Of a DNA stretch of 64,000 nucleotides, positions 26,818 to 41,400 are shown piece after piece. The DNA comes from Ylistrum balloti (taxonomy: Eukaryota). Numbering within the stretch: position 1 is the first letter of the stretch; each line of letters opens with the position of its first letter. A model generated the notes under the pieces. It saw nothing but the letters and a program-made list of their open reading frames with translations, had not been told where the DNA came from and did not search any database. The translations under genes were made by a program, and so were the position numbers. The DNA is taken from NCBI RefSeq assembly GCF_031769215.1, contig NW_026782139.1:992001-1056000 (forward strand), written 5' to 3'.

Positions 26818-27750
26818 TGTTCTAAGTCTATTTCTTACTGTCTGAGCAAGTGCTTTAACACCAATACCTTATCTCTATATGCAATGACTTATCGTGTTGA
26901 CCCTTAACATACGTGAGTACATGCTAAAAGAGAACAACACTACAGCTAAAGCCAAGAAGAGAGCACGTAGGAGAAATGGTGTAAGTGTTTTCGTCTGGCA
27001 ACAGATTCTATGACCCCCCCATTTGAACGACGATAGTACCTTTCTGAGTGACTGCATTATGAACGCACCTTCCAATTACTCCCATTATCCGATGTCAGCT
27101 TCTTCATAACGACTCTAGCTGTTAAGAGGGGTTATGTAAAACGCCTCTGTCATCGATATCATAAAAAGTGTAAAACACTTTTAAAACGATGCACATTTGT
27201 ATGATTTAGTGGACATTGAAACGTGTCCTGGCTTGCCCAAAATGTGCAAGTCTTTTTGGAGTTACTGGATAAACAGAATATCACACTCATGTTCATATCA
27301 TACTGAATGTATGAATGTCGTCTTCTATTTCAATGATTTGTGTCATGCCATATTATAGAAATCGTACAATAACTTCATTATATAACGGAAAAGCAAGTTA
27401 GTCGGCATATTCAATAGATATAACCTATCAGCATACATTATTTTTTTACCTAGGGTAGTGTTGTTCGCTCCTACAGACTTTATACTATAAACTCAGTCGT
27501 CAACCATAAACAGAAAGTAGATCTTCTGTAAGAATGATTTTTATCATTTCCCCAAGAGAAGTATGGCAAAAAAACATCAAAAAATGATTTCAAAGAAGAG
27601 AGTAAAATATCAAATTGAAAAAATAATTAATTAAGTTAACTAAATTAATTTCCTAACGGCATTTTCTACTCCTGAACTACTTATATATACTCAATTTTGA
27701 TTTATGAAGGAACAAATTTGAAAGAAGTGAAATCAAGTTGAATATCAGGT

Positions 27751-27756
27751 TTTATT
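27751..27756 (-). terminator. Candidate polyadenylation signal of SIAE-B
   Basis: AATAAA about 19 nt after the TGA at 27777-27775. Confidence 0.6.
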
Positions 27757-27774
27757 TTGTCGTTTTATATACAC

Positions 27775-30700
27775 TCAAAGGAAACTGTTGTAGAATGGTG
27801 GCCCCGGGAGGTCTGTATCCCTTCCGTACACAGCACACTTCTTGAACTCACATGGGCTTTCTCGCCACGCATATCGGACAGCGGAGACGGTCGTTTGGCC
27901 ACACCGACTCGTACTGAGTGTTACAGACGATATATCGTGTGATGCCACAGGTGCTGGTAACCAATTTCCGTTGTTTTTATCGCATATTGTAGTAGAGCAA
28001 CAAACCTATCATATGTAATGATTAATTATTAGTATGCATTCACAAATGTTTCTCTATCTTTTTTTCTCTCTATTTTTGTTTTAAATAAAACATTTGGTTG
28101 TACATCTGTTTTCTAGATCTTAAGCGACCAACGCATTCATCATTAAGATGATTAACTGTTTGTCCCTTAGGTCTGTAATAATATTTTCCCGGCATACTTA
28201 ATAATTAAGGAAACACTTTATATAGTCAACCATTTCTTTATATGATTGTAAAACATAGAAATAAATAAATACAAATATCATACCACGTTTTCATTAGTAG
28301 AACAATATTAACAAATAATTCAAAGGATGGCGTACTTAGATCAAATACTTAATTTGATCATTCAGGTGTTTTACAGTGACGGTGCAAAATCTTATGTAGA
28401 ACTAGAAAGAAATAGAACACAATGTCCCGTATGGAGGAAAGTAGTAAAATGCGAACTTCAGTATGCACGAATATCAGTCGTTTGTTTGCTTGAGTTTTTT
28501 GCGAGGAATTACGATAATTTTCAAGGAACAATAGAACTTTCAATCACCCCCCCCCCCCCCCCCCCAAAGGAAAACCCCCCGATTTGATTCAAATTAGTTG
28601 AAAATACAACAGTCTTGTTGGCAGGCAGACCAGACCGAGAATAAGATCGAACCAGGCCCTTTCCATTCATCAAACGCTTAACTTGATTGAGTAAGTTCTG
28701 TTGTAGATTAATATAGACATTGGCGTTGGTCAGGAACATTCATTTGTATAAAATTTTATTATTGGTTTATATTTTTTCACTCGTTCGGGGGAGGAAACTC
28801 TTAAAAAACAGTGCTATACTAACAAACCAACAGAAATCGACGTAACGCAGGGATCTATCTCACAGAGAAAACGGCTTAGAGGTCCTAAGGTTAATCTCAA
28901 CCGATACTGACACATGGGAAAAAAACATGTATGTAATGTTAGCGTTAAGCAAAAAAAAAAACTTAAAAATAAATNNNNNNNNNNNNNNNNNNNNNNNNNN
29001 NNNNNNNNNNNNNNNNNNNNNNNNNNNNNNNNNNNNNNNNNNNNNNNNNNNNNNNNNNNNNNNNNNNNNNNNNNNNNNNNNNNNNNNNNNNNNNNNNNNN
29101 NNNNNNNNACATTTTAAAAACTGTTCAAACACTTAAATCATATCCCGCACTTTAGGTATGGAGCATGCATGCAAGAGTATTTCGAAAATTATTTCGTTTT
29201 TGGATTGACCTCACTTATAAAACTGAAATTTGACTGGAACTTACAAAGTTTGTTTAGATGGATATTTATAGATTCTCAGTTACCTCAAAGTTAGTAACGT
29301 TATCGTTCACTCTAATGGGCGTTCGTCCTTGGTCGTATTCTATGTTTAGAGAGTGTCCTGTCAAATGGTAGTCTGACGGATAAGGACCTTCAAATTCCAG
29401 TCCAGACTGATGGTACGCTACACCGAGTGCTGACAATGCCAAACGGGAAGCCACATCCTGTTTGAAACGTGGGTGTATGCTAATTCATAAAGAAACATAT
29501 AAAACATAGGTCAGTATGATGTCATACAAAAAGGCATTGGAACAGATGGACAAAAAAAATGGTTTCTGCTGTGGCTACGTAATATATTCGTTTGAACATT
29601 CGTAATGTCTTTAATTTTCATAACTTAATTCTTACATGTATTGCTTAAACTATTTCCAACATTTAATTGACATAGTCTTTACACATCAAAAAGCCGAAAC
29701 AGAAATTGAAAATACTTTGAAGATTTTAAAGTTTGATGTACATGTGTGGAGCAAAAATATAGCAAGTCTTTATAGGAGTAGATAAATAGAAACGTCTTGA
29801 TTTCAACAAGTTAAAGGGTACATACAAGTAAACCTACACTTACCTGCCGTATGGGGAAGTAAAATCTGGTAGGTCTATAGTCACAGACATGAATGTATTT
29901 GGCATCTTCGCGTTTGGTACTTTCCCATAATGTGCTGTTTGGGCCCATCTCAGAGACGGAAACCCTTTATTTTCCTCTCCTGTTCTCCAAGGTGCCAGCT
30001 GTAGATATAAGAACTTTTTGTAATGTCTGGATTATATCACAGATATTTACGGATGAAATACAATTCACATCTTCAACATTGGCATCAAATATATATAACA
30101 GACATTTGCGATGTTTGGTTACTTTATAACTTGTATCAGCGTTCTCAGTTGATTTTTTTATATATACCAATCATACATAAACATTAAACTCTTTATTAAC
30201 GATACGTTTGATAATTAATTGATTATTGTCTAATAAAAAAAGTGCATTTTATGATGGATGACATAGTTTTAAAAATATATGACGAATACATATGCAACTT
30301 TTTACATTATAAGTCATACAGAATTACTAACATTTTATTAAGTTTGATTTTAAAATGTTTGTCATAACACCATTATACTGTTTTCGCGGCGGCTTGATTA
30401 GCATGGAATACCTGTACAAATCCAAATGGAAATTCTGCTGACGTTGTGTGAAGGGATGCCGAGCTAAATTTTTGTCTCCAGTCGTTTATCATAGCTGGGA
30501 ACTGACAACTATACAAATCAGGCCGTCCAGCATTTGCCTCCCCTACAACAAGCAAAAGCATGAACATCCCTTATACAACGTACATAATGTCTATCACATT
30601 TCTATAAAAGAAATTAAATAGAGTGGTTTATTAATGTATTATATATAATAGTAACCTGGTTGTTCGAAATAATGTTTGTCAGTCGCCATAAATGTAAGAA

Positions 30701-32689
30701 CATATTCAGTCAATTTTCTTGTTCTGAGTGGGATTTTTTCTGCTGTCATTTACACGTCAGACAGGTATACAAGTTCGATGAAGGACATCATCTAAGTTTA
30801 CCGTTGAAGAATTACGGAAACATGTTAGTGTTTCCCAGCTTTCCGACATATATTGACATCTTTCTTGGAAGTTGGGACCTAGTGCTTCAAGTCACCATGC
30901 GACAAATGCATTTATGTATATTAAGTCTTCTTTGTAGACGATAAACATCATCAGCACATGTAAGTAACTTGAGTGAGTTGTTGTCAGTACGCGAACAACA
31001 GAATAAACAGACAGAACGTATGGTAATGGAGTCAATAACAGTGCAGTAAAAATTCGGTTTATACTGCATTGATGTATCCTTCGTCTTATGAACAATAGAC
31101 ATGTTTACAGCGAACGAGAAATGAATAGCGTATAGTTATCATACATTAAACAATACCTTGGTACCAGATAGCGCCATAAATTGTGTTTCGAGTCAGAGGA
31201 TGCATCATTGCATTCCACAGATCAGAGTTATGGATGTTTCTGAAAATACAATATAGTACATTAATTTCTCAGACGTTCTATTTTTGAAAATGATTGAGTA
31301 TCAACATGTTTGTATCTTAAAGATAAATTATCTTCAGAGGTTCAATGCGGATTTTCTGTGATAATTGCGAATCGTTTTAAATGCCAGATAACTGTTGAAT
31401 TTGCTGAAACATAGGAAAAAAAAAAAAAAAAAAAACCAATTTGTCGTCTTTCCTTGAGGATTAGGTAATATGAGATAGACTTTTCTCCATTTTTCATAGA
31501 ATCGCAATTTGTTTGGAGAAATGTCAGTTTGATTTAAATATGATATGGCAATCGGCAGAAAATGGTACAGAAACATTTATAATTTACATTGATAGCCGGG
31601 GACCGTTTAGGATAAATACGGCCACGGTGTTAATGCAATATTTTGTAGATCTTAGCGGCAAATGCTATACATAAGAAAAAGCAAATATGGTTGGATGACC
31701 ATTTTGATAAATGTACTGATATTCAGTATATCTATTATTCTGATCTATTTCAGTTTATTCCAAATGAGTTGAAATTTCGAAAAAGATACAACCTCTCCAA
31801 TATTATCAGAATGTCATGTTCATGCACTGACAACAGTGACAGTTGAAGTCGTCTGGTGTGTATGCACTTATAACGCATATAAATAAACGGCAAGGTAACA
31901 AACAGAGGTTAAGGGACGAACACAGGCTACCTAAACTGTAAACAAGCTAATGTCATCGGGATATATATGTTACAAAGTGTATCTTTTTCAAGCCCGGATA
32001 AGGAGAAAGACATTATACAACTCTCTAGCGGATATCTATCGCTTGATGTTTTTTCCTGTTTCTTCCGCTATTTCAATGTTTCAACCCTAACCACCTTTTT
32101 CTGTTTTGATTGGCCCTTAAAATCAAACGTGTGTAACGGTAATAGAAAATATCACTGAATCTGAAGAATTCAAATAATCTGTAAACAATATCAACAATAC
32201 ATAACTTCTCGCCTAACACACGGCCTTCTAAATTTACTTACCTTTTTCCGGAATGAGAACATTGACTTAAGGCAGACGTCGAAGACCACCATTCAATTTT
32301 CGTTCCACCCCAATTCGACTCGATTAATCCGATTGGATATTTGAATTGTGACGACATTTGTTTTCCAAATAACCAACACACAGCCGAAAAACCACCCAGG
32401 TTTCCTGTAGGAATACAAGAGAGATAATTTCGATATCTATTTTTGGACATTGAGGAAAATCACCTCCAGGTCGCTTTATAATAATCTGTACATAGATTAT
32501 GTTCACGTAACAAGAAAATCCACAGACAGACTTACAGACCGTTTCCAAGGTTTAACCTATTAAGGACGCCATCATAGTGCCACCAAACAGAACTGATAAA
32601 ATCTGTTGTGATAACATATCTGTGGTGTTACCTCCCTTTGCAAAAATCAACCTCAATGTAATAACCGGAATTGAACACTCGTTTGGATA

Positions 32690-32725
<36 letters not shown>

Positions 32726-35700
32726 CCATTCAGCTAATATTGTATCACTGTAGACATGACAGATGGCTAAATCTTCTTGTTCTTGTTCTTGAAAATTAAA
32801 CAGAGCAGAATAAATATGTATGTTCTGAAAACACTCTCGTCATATCTTTTTTATTGTGACGCGAGGACGTCAAACTCAACGAAATATGATATCGGAAAAT
32901 GGATAAATGACCGGATAGGATCAAAAGTAAACATTAAAAAATGGATTAAGTGTTCTTTAAAAAAATGAAAATTACAGTTGTTGGGTAGCACAACAGTACA
33001 CGATTTGCGATGTGCACACGATATGAAAATTGGACGAAATAAGCTATCGCACATTTGTTCGATTCTGTCATGGTTGATATAAATTTAGGAATGACTTTTT
33101 ATTTTCTAAATATCCAAGAATACAGCTAAGGATATCTCCGTAGCCATTAGTATATAGGTTGGACACTTGTAGATATATTAGATAATCACTGAATAGTTAA
33201 ATACACTCGTAATTTTAAGTGTTTTGTTTACAAAGAGGCACACGTGACCAGCCTTAATATATGGACACACATCGTATATGTGAACACTAAATGGACGTCT
33301 CTTTTTGTCACAGTAATGTTAATTTAAAATCTCATACCGTCAGAAAGGAAATTTTATTGTCATTATTTCTGTATTACTCTCATTTTCATTCATTTTGTAA
33401 ACAAAAAATATATGCTCAGGTAAAATCTTGTTAAACGGGTGACCCAGACGGTGCGGATCCGGACCTGCCACGTATATACCCGTATACAGGTTAACTTTTG
33501 TTGCCCGAGGGACCACTACCCACATTCTGAGGTGTGAAACTAACTACGATATGACTAATTAATGCAGGTCCAGTGTTATTTCAAATACTGTCGAATTAAA
33601 AATGACTTTTATAATCACCGATCAATTTTAATGTTCATGTGATCACTATTTCGTAATAACTTCACACGAGTTTTCCGTTTAATTTTCAATCCGTAATATT
33701 AGCCAACCATTTTACCAAATCGCAGAAAAAGCGTAATTCTATCGCACAGTTGTACACACAATACTGTTCGTGTTTGTGTGCGCACGAAGGTTTTGGTGCG
33801 TTGTAAGTACCACAACTGTACTTAGTACTTTAAACGGGACCCTCAATCCACTCACTACTGATATCAATAAGGATATTTAAAGTAACACATTTTTATCGTT
33901 AAAAAATTATAAACCATGATCAACAAAGTTTACCCCAATACTGAATTGATATCAACAATTTTTTTCAATATTAAACCCCCTAATATACTTTACTTTTGTT
34001 ATAAACCTATACAAAATCCTATTTTTTTAACGAATATACCAAATGTAGCCCCTAGCAAGATATTTTATTAAATTGAACCACATTGGCTCCCGCCCTTCAT
34101 CGCCTCGATTCATACTCATAAGCTCTACCTACAAAAGACTTGCGGTTGAGTGGTGGTTTATGCCCCTAAAACAAAATATTACTTCTGGTTGATGTACACT
34201 GAATACTATACCTTGAGCAGTAGTCCAATGCGAAGCAGGTTTCACATTGAAATCTTGTAGTTCAATCCCAGACTGTGCATGTTGTGCTTTGAATAAACGG
34301 ATATTGCTGTAACTAGAAGCCTCTACATACTCTGCGCTAGCGTTGAGCAACTGAAATCGACCAAAAGATTACTTTTCAAATTAAATCCCTACTACTTAAA
34401 AATATGTTTCATATACACATGTGTTAAAAGTCATCTTCAGTGTCGGAGATGTACACAGTTACCCTAGTCTGTTTTAAGATTTCCAGTTGTAGATTAGTAG
34501 ATGTATTGATTTGAATTGAGCGAAATCACGTATAACTGATATACACATCAGCATTTTGTCATTCTCCAAATGCGACAATAAGCAGCAGACAGTATGAACG
34601 ATTGTAAATAGCAGAGGCATAGTACTGATAATCATTTCCATACACCTAGCGCATTTGTTTTGATATTTTGTCACGGGTGTACTCTAACTTCATTTAAAAT
34701 CTTTAAAATGTTGGTTTTGTTTATGAAAGGCTTTATTAGACAAGGTGGGATAGTATACCACAGCATCAGGGGTATGCTATCTTAGCAAGGCTACCTTGCC
34801 TCTTGCACACAATCTGCATATCGCAGATCTCTTTCTGTAGTTGTGCAGTTTTAAATGATAAACCAATTATTCCAACGACGCATAAAAATCCCTCAAACTC
34901 GGTTTTGGCAAGTATCCAAATAAATTTTTGAATAACAATGTTTGAAAACGTGATCAATCCAAAGAGCAGTTAATCAAACTATTGCACCTTTATTACGTAT
35001 TGAGTAGTTGTAGTTATCAACTGGGTGGAAAAACAAGACATCACCAACATGCAAATATAATCATAATCCAAACTCAAAATCAACAAAATTAAGGTATACT
35101 ATGAACAAAAGAAATATTTTTAATGGGATTCTTGAAAAAGTACAAGTAAAATAAGACCAGGTTATCTGGAAGAGTACGCGTCTTCTGCCTCATCGACGAC
35201 ACCCGCCATATAAGTCTTCATCAATCCAAGTAAGAGATGTCATGTTCTCTAATGGCAACTAGATATACAACAACGGAGCCCAGAGGCAAACTAGCAAGTA
35301 TCATAAAAATATAATATTTCTCAACGAAATCGCTTTGACCACCGTAAAACTTGTCAAAGTTTCCATCAACCTTCAGCTGTAACATGTAACACCATAGGTT
35401 GGGGATGCAGGAATGTTGCTCTCCAGTAACGGAAAATTTACAGAATTGAAATCATTATGGTCAGACAGCTTGGTGGAAGCTGCCATATTAGTTTCGTTTT
35501 AGGAAAAGATTGAAATACGCTTCTATTGCTGTCTGCCGTGTCCTTGATTTGCAATTCTGATGTTTATATACAATGGACGTGGCCATTAAAACTCTTGTTA
35601 TTAAAAGAAGGGACGTCATTAATTAGACAATATTACTCACTCCATACACGCCAAATTCCATGTTACTCTGTCCAGAGCATACCCACACATCACCGAACAT

Positions 35701-36707
35701 CACGTCATGTAGGGTTATCGTCCCTTCACTTGATTTTGCAGATAAAGTATAAGGACCATAATTGTTACCAGTGACCGCTACTTTTCCTATCCATGTCATA
35801 ACCCCTGATGCGTTTTGTGTGACAACATCATCAGAGACCTTATGACCATTCAGAAACAGCTGAACCGTGTCCCCTAAGTGGGAGGATGTTCCCCACACGA
35901 TCGCTCCACTAGCTCCTTGTTGCAGCACCATATGGTCGGTGTAATAGGAAGCAAATTTAAAAGTCGAACTTCCCACTGAAAATGTCAATATTTGTTATTT
36001 TTCAAATTGTGACATGATTCAGAATAGAGACATAAACTTGAGTTCTTCAGAACTGATCATATATATGACAATTACGAAATTTATTGAATTATAGTATACC
36101 TCCCCTTCTTAATATTGAATTTTTTTCCGATCACTAAAGATTTTCCCCAGACCCGGCTTTCAAAAGTTAAGTCTTTAGGATCACTGACGAGTCCATGCAG
36201 GACGAAACAACTCTACGATTCATTATTTGGCGCTGCTGTATCTTTTTCTAAATTTGCATAAAACCTTTTGTTCACTTGTATGTCTGTTGAACAAACTAAC
36301 CGCCTAACGTCATCATGTTCAAGCTTGCTTCATCATTAAAGGTACTTTGCGCTAACTATTTGCAAACTTCATGTATAAGCTAATCTCTGGTGATGTTATA
36401 TTTTAGGATGTTTAGGTTAAGGACAAGATCATTGTCAATATTCATGGAGAACCATAAACAGTTGGCGATAGAACTTTAACACCTTTGGACAAAGTTGATT
36501 TGTGGTTCAAATTTCAAAATCACTCTTACTAAAATACCAATCGGTTTTTAAATAAGAGCGTTGGCATTTATGTTTTACAGACAGGTTTTGATAACTAAAT
36601 AAATGTTGTAAATTGTAAATAACAGAATTTGATGATATAGAGCATTACTTACAGTCAACACCATTGCATATGATTAGACAGCACAGTAGCCAACTCGTTC
36701 CAGCCAT
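27775..36707 (-). CDS. SIAE: Sialate O-acetylesterase-like paralogue B (495 aa, 9 exons)
   Basis: Exons 36707-36653, 35975-35641, 34350-34212, 32404-32242, 31239-31157, 30542-30412, 29998-29844, 29479-29284, 28005-27775. All GT-AG, total 1488 nt, open. Signal peptide MAGTSWLLCCLIICNGVD; canonical CSGQSNM, WYQGEAN, GFVQLA, DLPD..SPYGSIHP. AATAAA at 27756-27751. Confidence 0.93.
28547..28565. repeat. Poly-C tract (19 nt)
   Basis: Homopolymer in SIAE-B intron 8. Confidence 0.85.
32694..32724. repeat. (TA)n microsatellite
   Basis: Pure TA run. Confidence 0.9.
35310..35420 (-). mobile_element. Decayed retroelement fragment (RT C-terminal region, probably Penelope-like)
   Basis: With a stop and a frameshift it translates SNIPASPTYGV ... 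RLMExFDKFYGGQSDFVEKY. This resembles the SNIPxxPxYGV...KFYGRHxxLVxKY tail I recall from mollusc RT elements; family assignment is inference. Confidence 0.5.
36336..36479. mobile_element. Possible short TTAA-flanked MITE in SIAE-B intron 1
   Basis: ttaaaggtactttgcgctaactattt ... aaacagttggcgatagaactttaa; degenerate inverted ends. Confidence 0.3.
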
Positions 36708-36752
36708 TGCTTTAAACCGAGTCTCCAAACAACAGTGCATCAGAACTTAATC

Positions 36753-36817
36753 CTTATCTATACATTTTATTGGCTTATCGCGATGGCCTTGAGTTAAGGT
36801 GAGTGTCTATATATAAA
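36753..36817 (-). promoter_or_regulatory. Putative proximal promoter of SIAE-B (TATA-like TATATATA plus two GATAAG motifs)
   Basis: TATATATA at 36815-36808, about 100 nt upstream of the ATG. AGATAAG at 36759-36753 and CGATAAG at 36780-36774, both also present upstream of SIAE-C. Confidence 0.45.
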
Positions 36818-38468
36818 GGGAACATAGAACCAGTGGTATTTACAATAATTATTCTAAACACACGTCACCGATAAGACGACCATGTCTTTGTCTGGTGACT
36901 AATGCCAATCTAAGTTTGTAGACAATGAATTATATTTGCTTGGCCGAATATAAAATTTATATCATCTTTTCATATTCCAAATAGACAATTTGTTCTTCGC
37001 ACAAAGCAGAGGGCGGTTTGAACTATTTTTAGATACTTTTCGGTGTCTCGGTAAGGGCCATGTCCTTCATGGCTTTGTTAGGTATTCAGCACTTTAAAAA
37101 CGAAGTATATCTGTAATTGTAAAAAAGAAAACTTAAATGATGACTACTACAACATGAAGACTACTATATATTATACATATTGTCAATAAAACATTTCGAT
37201 GACATTCATGGACGTTTTATTTACATCATTACTGTGTTCTCGTGGAATTGGTTGTTACTTTAAGTCCTCGAAATTATACGTCTGTTAGTGATAATCATGA
37301 CGAAGGTAGACGTTTAATGGATCAAAATGCTAGTAGATTTTGTAAGGAAAATTTCATAGAAATCAATTCGTAACGAAAATGCATACTCTTGTAAAATTAC
37401 AAAATTTGTGGACGACGGGGAAAAATGGATTTTACATCATGTCATCTAGATGTCCATAGGATTGAGTCATATTGCGACCATGCTCATGGACTGATCATCA
37501 AATTGTTGTAGAGATATGTTAACCATTAAAGTTATTGTTAATCAAAACTTTTATTACAGAAATACAATAAATTCCAGGTTCCTAAGAGATCACTAGAATA
37601 GACATAACTATTTTGATATCATGCAGTAGTTATCAATTAAATACTACGTGCAGTTTTTACCTGAAGAGAAATCACAGAATATCAAAATATTAAGAAAGTA
37701 ACTATTGTTTAATACTCAAAACATATTTAAAACATTAAAAACAATAAACATTATCAAAATAATATACATCAAAGGATAGTTTGTATATCAGATTTAGTAT
37801 ATAAAAACAGACACCTCCCCCCCCTCCATCACAAAAAAGAAAAAGGTTTGAAATTAATAAATAATACAAATATAATACATTTTAAAAACTTTTGCTGGAT
37901 ACTGTGTTCTCAATTGAGAGCGTGCCCTTACTTTATTTGATTATTACAAGGCAGATGTCGTCGATGAAGCAGAAGGCTCTTACTCTTCCGGAACCCCTTG
38001 CACTTATGATATTTGTTTTTTTCAGGAATCTTTCTTTTGTTCGAATTTTACTTGTAATGTTTTCGAGGTTTGATATATATTATACAATATAGTATAATTA
38101 TGATAATATAAAATGCTTTTCTCAAATTTTCAATTTACTTGACAACAGAGAATAATAAAAAACGATATTTTAGATATTTTAACAATTCATTAGGTAAGCC
38201 TGCTCTTTCTTGACTCTATATCCTTCTGTTTTTTCCTTCTGAGGATGTCTCATTAGGTAATCGTCCTGACCATTGTTTAACGAGACGTTTACACATGATA
38301 TCTGTGTTCGTTTTTATTCATTAAAAGCAGTATTTCAAACTGGATGTATTTCAGTGTAATACATAGACGATATTTTAAATATTAAAAAAAAAGCAATGAT
38401 GATAAAAAGAAAACCGCGAGGATCAACTGATAACACGGAAAAATTAATGACGCTCATTCATGTATCGA

Positions 38469-38474
38469 TTTATT
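38469..38474 (-). terminator. Candidate polyadenylation signal of SIAE-A
   Basis: AATAAA about 17 nt after the stop at 38493-38491. Confidence 0.6.
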
Positions 38475-38490
38475 ACATTTCATTCTACAA

Positions 38491-41400
38491 TTAATGAAAA
38501 CTGTGAAAGAACGGTGGTCCTGGAAGATCATTATCTCTTCCGTATACGGCGCACTCCTTAAAGTCACATGGACTTTCCCGCCAAGCATATCGAATGGCTG
38601 ATACCGGAACGTGACCACAGGCACTTGTATCAAACGTGATAGATGAGATATCGTGTGACGTAATTGGACTTGGTAACCACACACCGTAGTTTAAGTTACA
38701 TTCACGATAAGAACAGCAAATCTGGAATTCATAAACGCATGAATGATAACGTGATAATTTTAGCTGATTAGAACAAAAAATAAAATGAGAGCTTCGAAGA
38801 TTCAATGCTCTTGCTGCAATCAACGTGCTTTTTGTATATTGTATTTAACGGCAATGTAATGGCAAACAGCATTGTTTAGGTAAAATTTATTTGGTTTTCA
38901 AATTACCATACAGAATATGTTCATTTTCTGTACATAACAGTTTTTTTTTTAATTTGGAAGATTTATAACATTTCAAAATATGCATTGATACCCCCTACAT
39001 GTTGTCATATAGTCAAGAGAATTGATAATATATATGACATTATATGTATATATAATGCAGCCTAATCATGGCGCCATGGTAACAGATATATGACGGTGTG
39101 ATAGCAGTATAAATGTGTCTACCAGTACAGCATCCAATAATCCACGGATATCGTTTTTATATGTTATTGTCTGTGTTGAGCACGTGACCTCTACACCATA
39201 AAAAGAGACGTTTGATGTAATAATGCCTCGCATTTTTATCATAACGTCAAGCGCCAAACCTAGCACGCACTATTATTGGTACTTCCCTTGAATGGAAACT
39301 TACTCGATGACTGACCAGAGCATCAAATAAGCGATTACAAATGGTTTACCAGTTATCAGTTTAAAGTGATATTAGATATGTTGTTACGTGGCCATGCCCA
39401 TTTTAGACTTTGCAGTGTGTTGATGCTATCAACTAGCATTCGAACGTCCTCTTTATCCATATATTCAGTTCTTATATGGGAACAATTTTGTGAAAATGAA
39501 AAAGTTCCCTCTTTGCGCTTTATTTTCCTTTAATACCCAATGTAAACCTAGGAACAGAGTTATGTAAAGCAAGATCCTTAAGAATGAACATTTATCAATT
39601 CTATACACTCAAGTACTTATTTAATATACAAACTATGGTAAACGAAAATATTTACCTCGAAGTTACTGACGTTAGTATTCACTCTGATGGGCGTTCGTCC
39701 TTGGTCATATTCTATATTTAGAGAGTGACCAGCCTTGTGATAATTAGAGGGATACGGCCCTTGGTACTCTAGTCCGGACTGGTGATATGCAACACCAAGA
39801 GCTGATAGGGCCAGACGGGAAGCTACGTCATGTTTGAACCGAGGATGGATGCTTTTATGTAAAACAAGTATCATAAGAAAATATATGGTTACTAACGTAA
39901 ATGAGCTCAGCTTTTAGCAATGCGTTTAAGAACTGTTTCAGGAAATATGGGAAATGAAGATATGCTTGTGTTAATAGTATTCCTTTCATCTTTCCTTAAG
40001 TTGTAAGTTATTAGGGTGTTGGATTTCTCCATAAATAATATAAGAAAGTGAGATGACTGATTTTGTTAGTGATTCAATTTTAAAGGTTTTAATATATTGG
40101 TTCATAACTGGGTTGTCGCTGCAATGCGGTACTGCAGTAAAACATAGTATGCAGAAATATTTATGAATTCAATACAAAACGAGTGAGCCCATTTGAAATC
40201 TTTAAAAGAGTTTTTTTGCTCTTCCATTTCCAGTAAATCTAGATTTATATTTGATGAATCAATGGGGAAATTACGATATAAACTATGTTCAATGCTGTTT
40301 TTGCTTTAAGGCATAAGGTTGATTGTGTGACCTTACGTTCCATAAGGTGATTTAAAGTCTGGCAAATCCATTGCTACTGCCATAAACGTTTGCGGCATCT
40401 TGGCGTTCGGCACTCTCCCATACCCTGCTGTCTGCATCCATCTCATCCATCCGAAAAAAGTGCCGTTTGTGCCGTTGTGGTTCCCTGCAAGCTACAATAT
40501 CAGTTTCAGCTAAGGTTTTGTTCTCAATGTTACAATTAATATCCAAATAATGAACAGAGATACAGTGAACTAAATTATGTATTCCAATGAAGAACAAATG
40601 AATCATCAATGATTGGTGACAGATTGTGTTATTGTGTAGACACATGCGTTTGGTAATATTGGCAATTTGTTGGCTACTCCTCACGTCAAAAGAATGGAGG
40701 AAGTGTTTCATGTGATAATGTAAAGCCTAAATTGACAAGCTAATTGTGTTGGCGATACAATTTCAACGTTTTATGCAATTAAGTTTCATTTGATCGGAAC
40801 GTATTCATGATTAGAATGTCAAACGAATTTCCATGGATTTTTCTTTAATGAAAACTTTGAAGGGTAACGGTAATAATAATCGCCATAAGTATATGTACAA
40901 TAATTCTTTCATCAATGGAAAACGTATATATATGATATAGTGAGAATTTTTGCGATTACAAAAGTTTAAATGGATTTGACAATAAAACGTCAAGTTGTCA
41001 AGAAAGTATGCACACCCTTGACACCCACATACAAAATCACTTCCTGCCATGAAATTCATTTATTGTAAAATAGTCACAGGGTATATATCTGGTAACCATT
41101 TTTAGCCTTCATTTAAAAGATAATACCGGAGAGAATAAAGACGCGTAAGTGATAATACACAAGTGGAACATAATGCCACTTCAAACCGAAATATCTACAA
41201 TGTATATTTCATGAGGAAGAAGACGTAATTATGAGGATTTAGTAGATACCTGTACAAATCCAAACGGAAAGTTGGGGGAAGTCGTCTGTAGTGAAGCGGT
41301 GCTAAATTTCTGCCTCCAGTCCTTAATCATGGCAGGAAACTGGCAGCCGTATTTACCGGGTTTATTCAAGTTTGACTCGCCTGTAGACACGCACACATAG

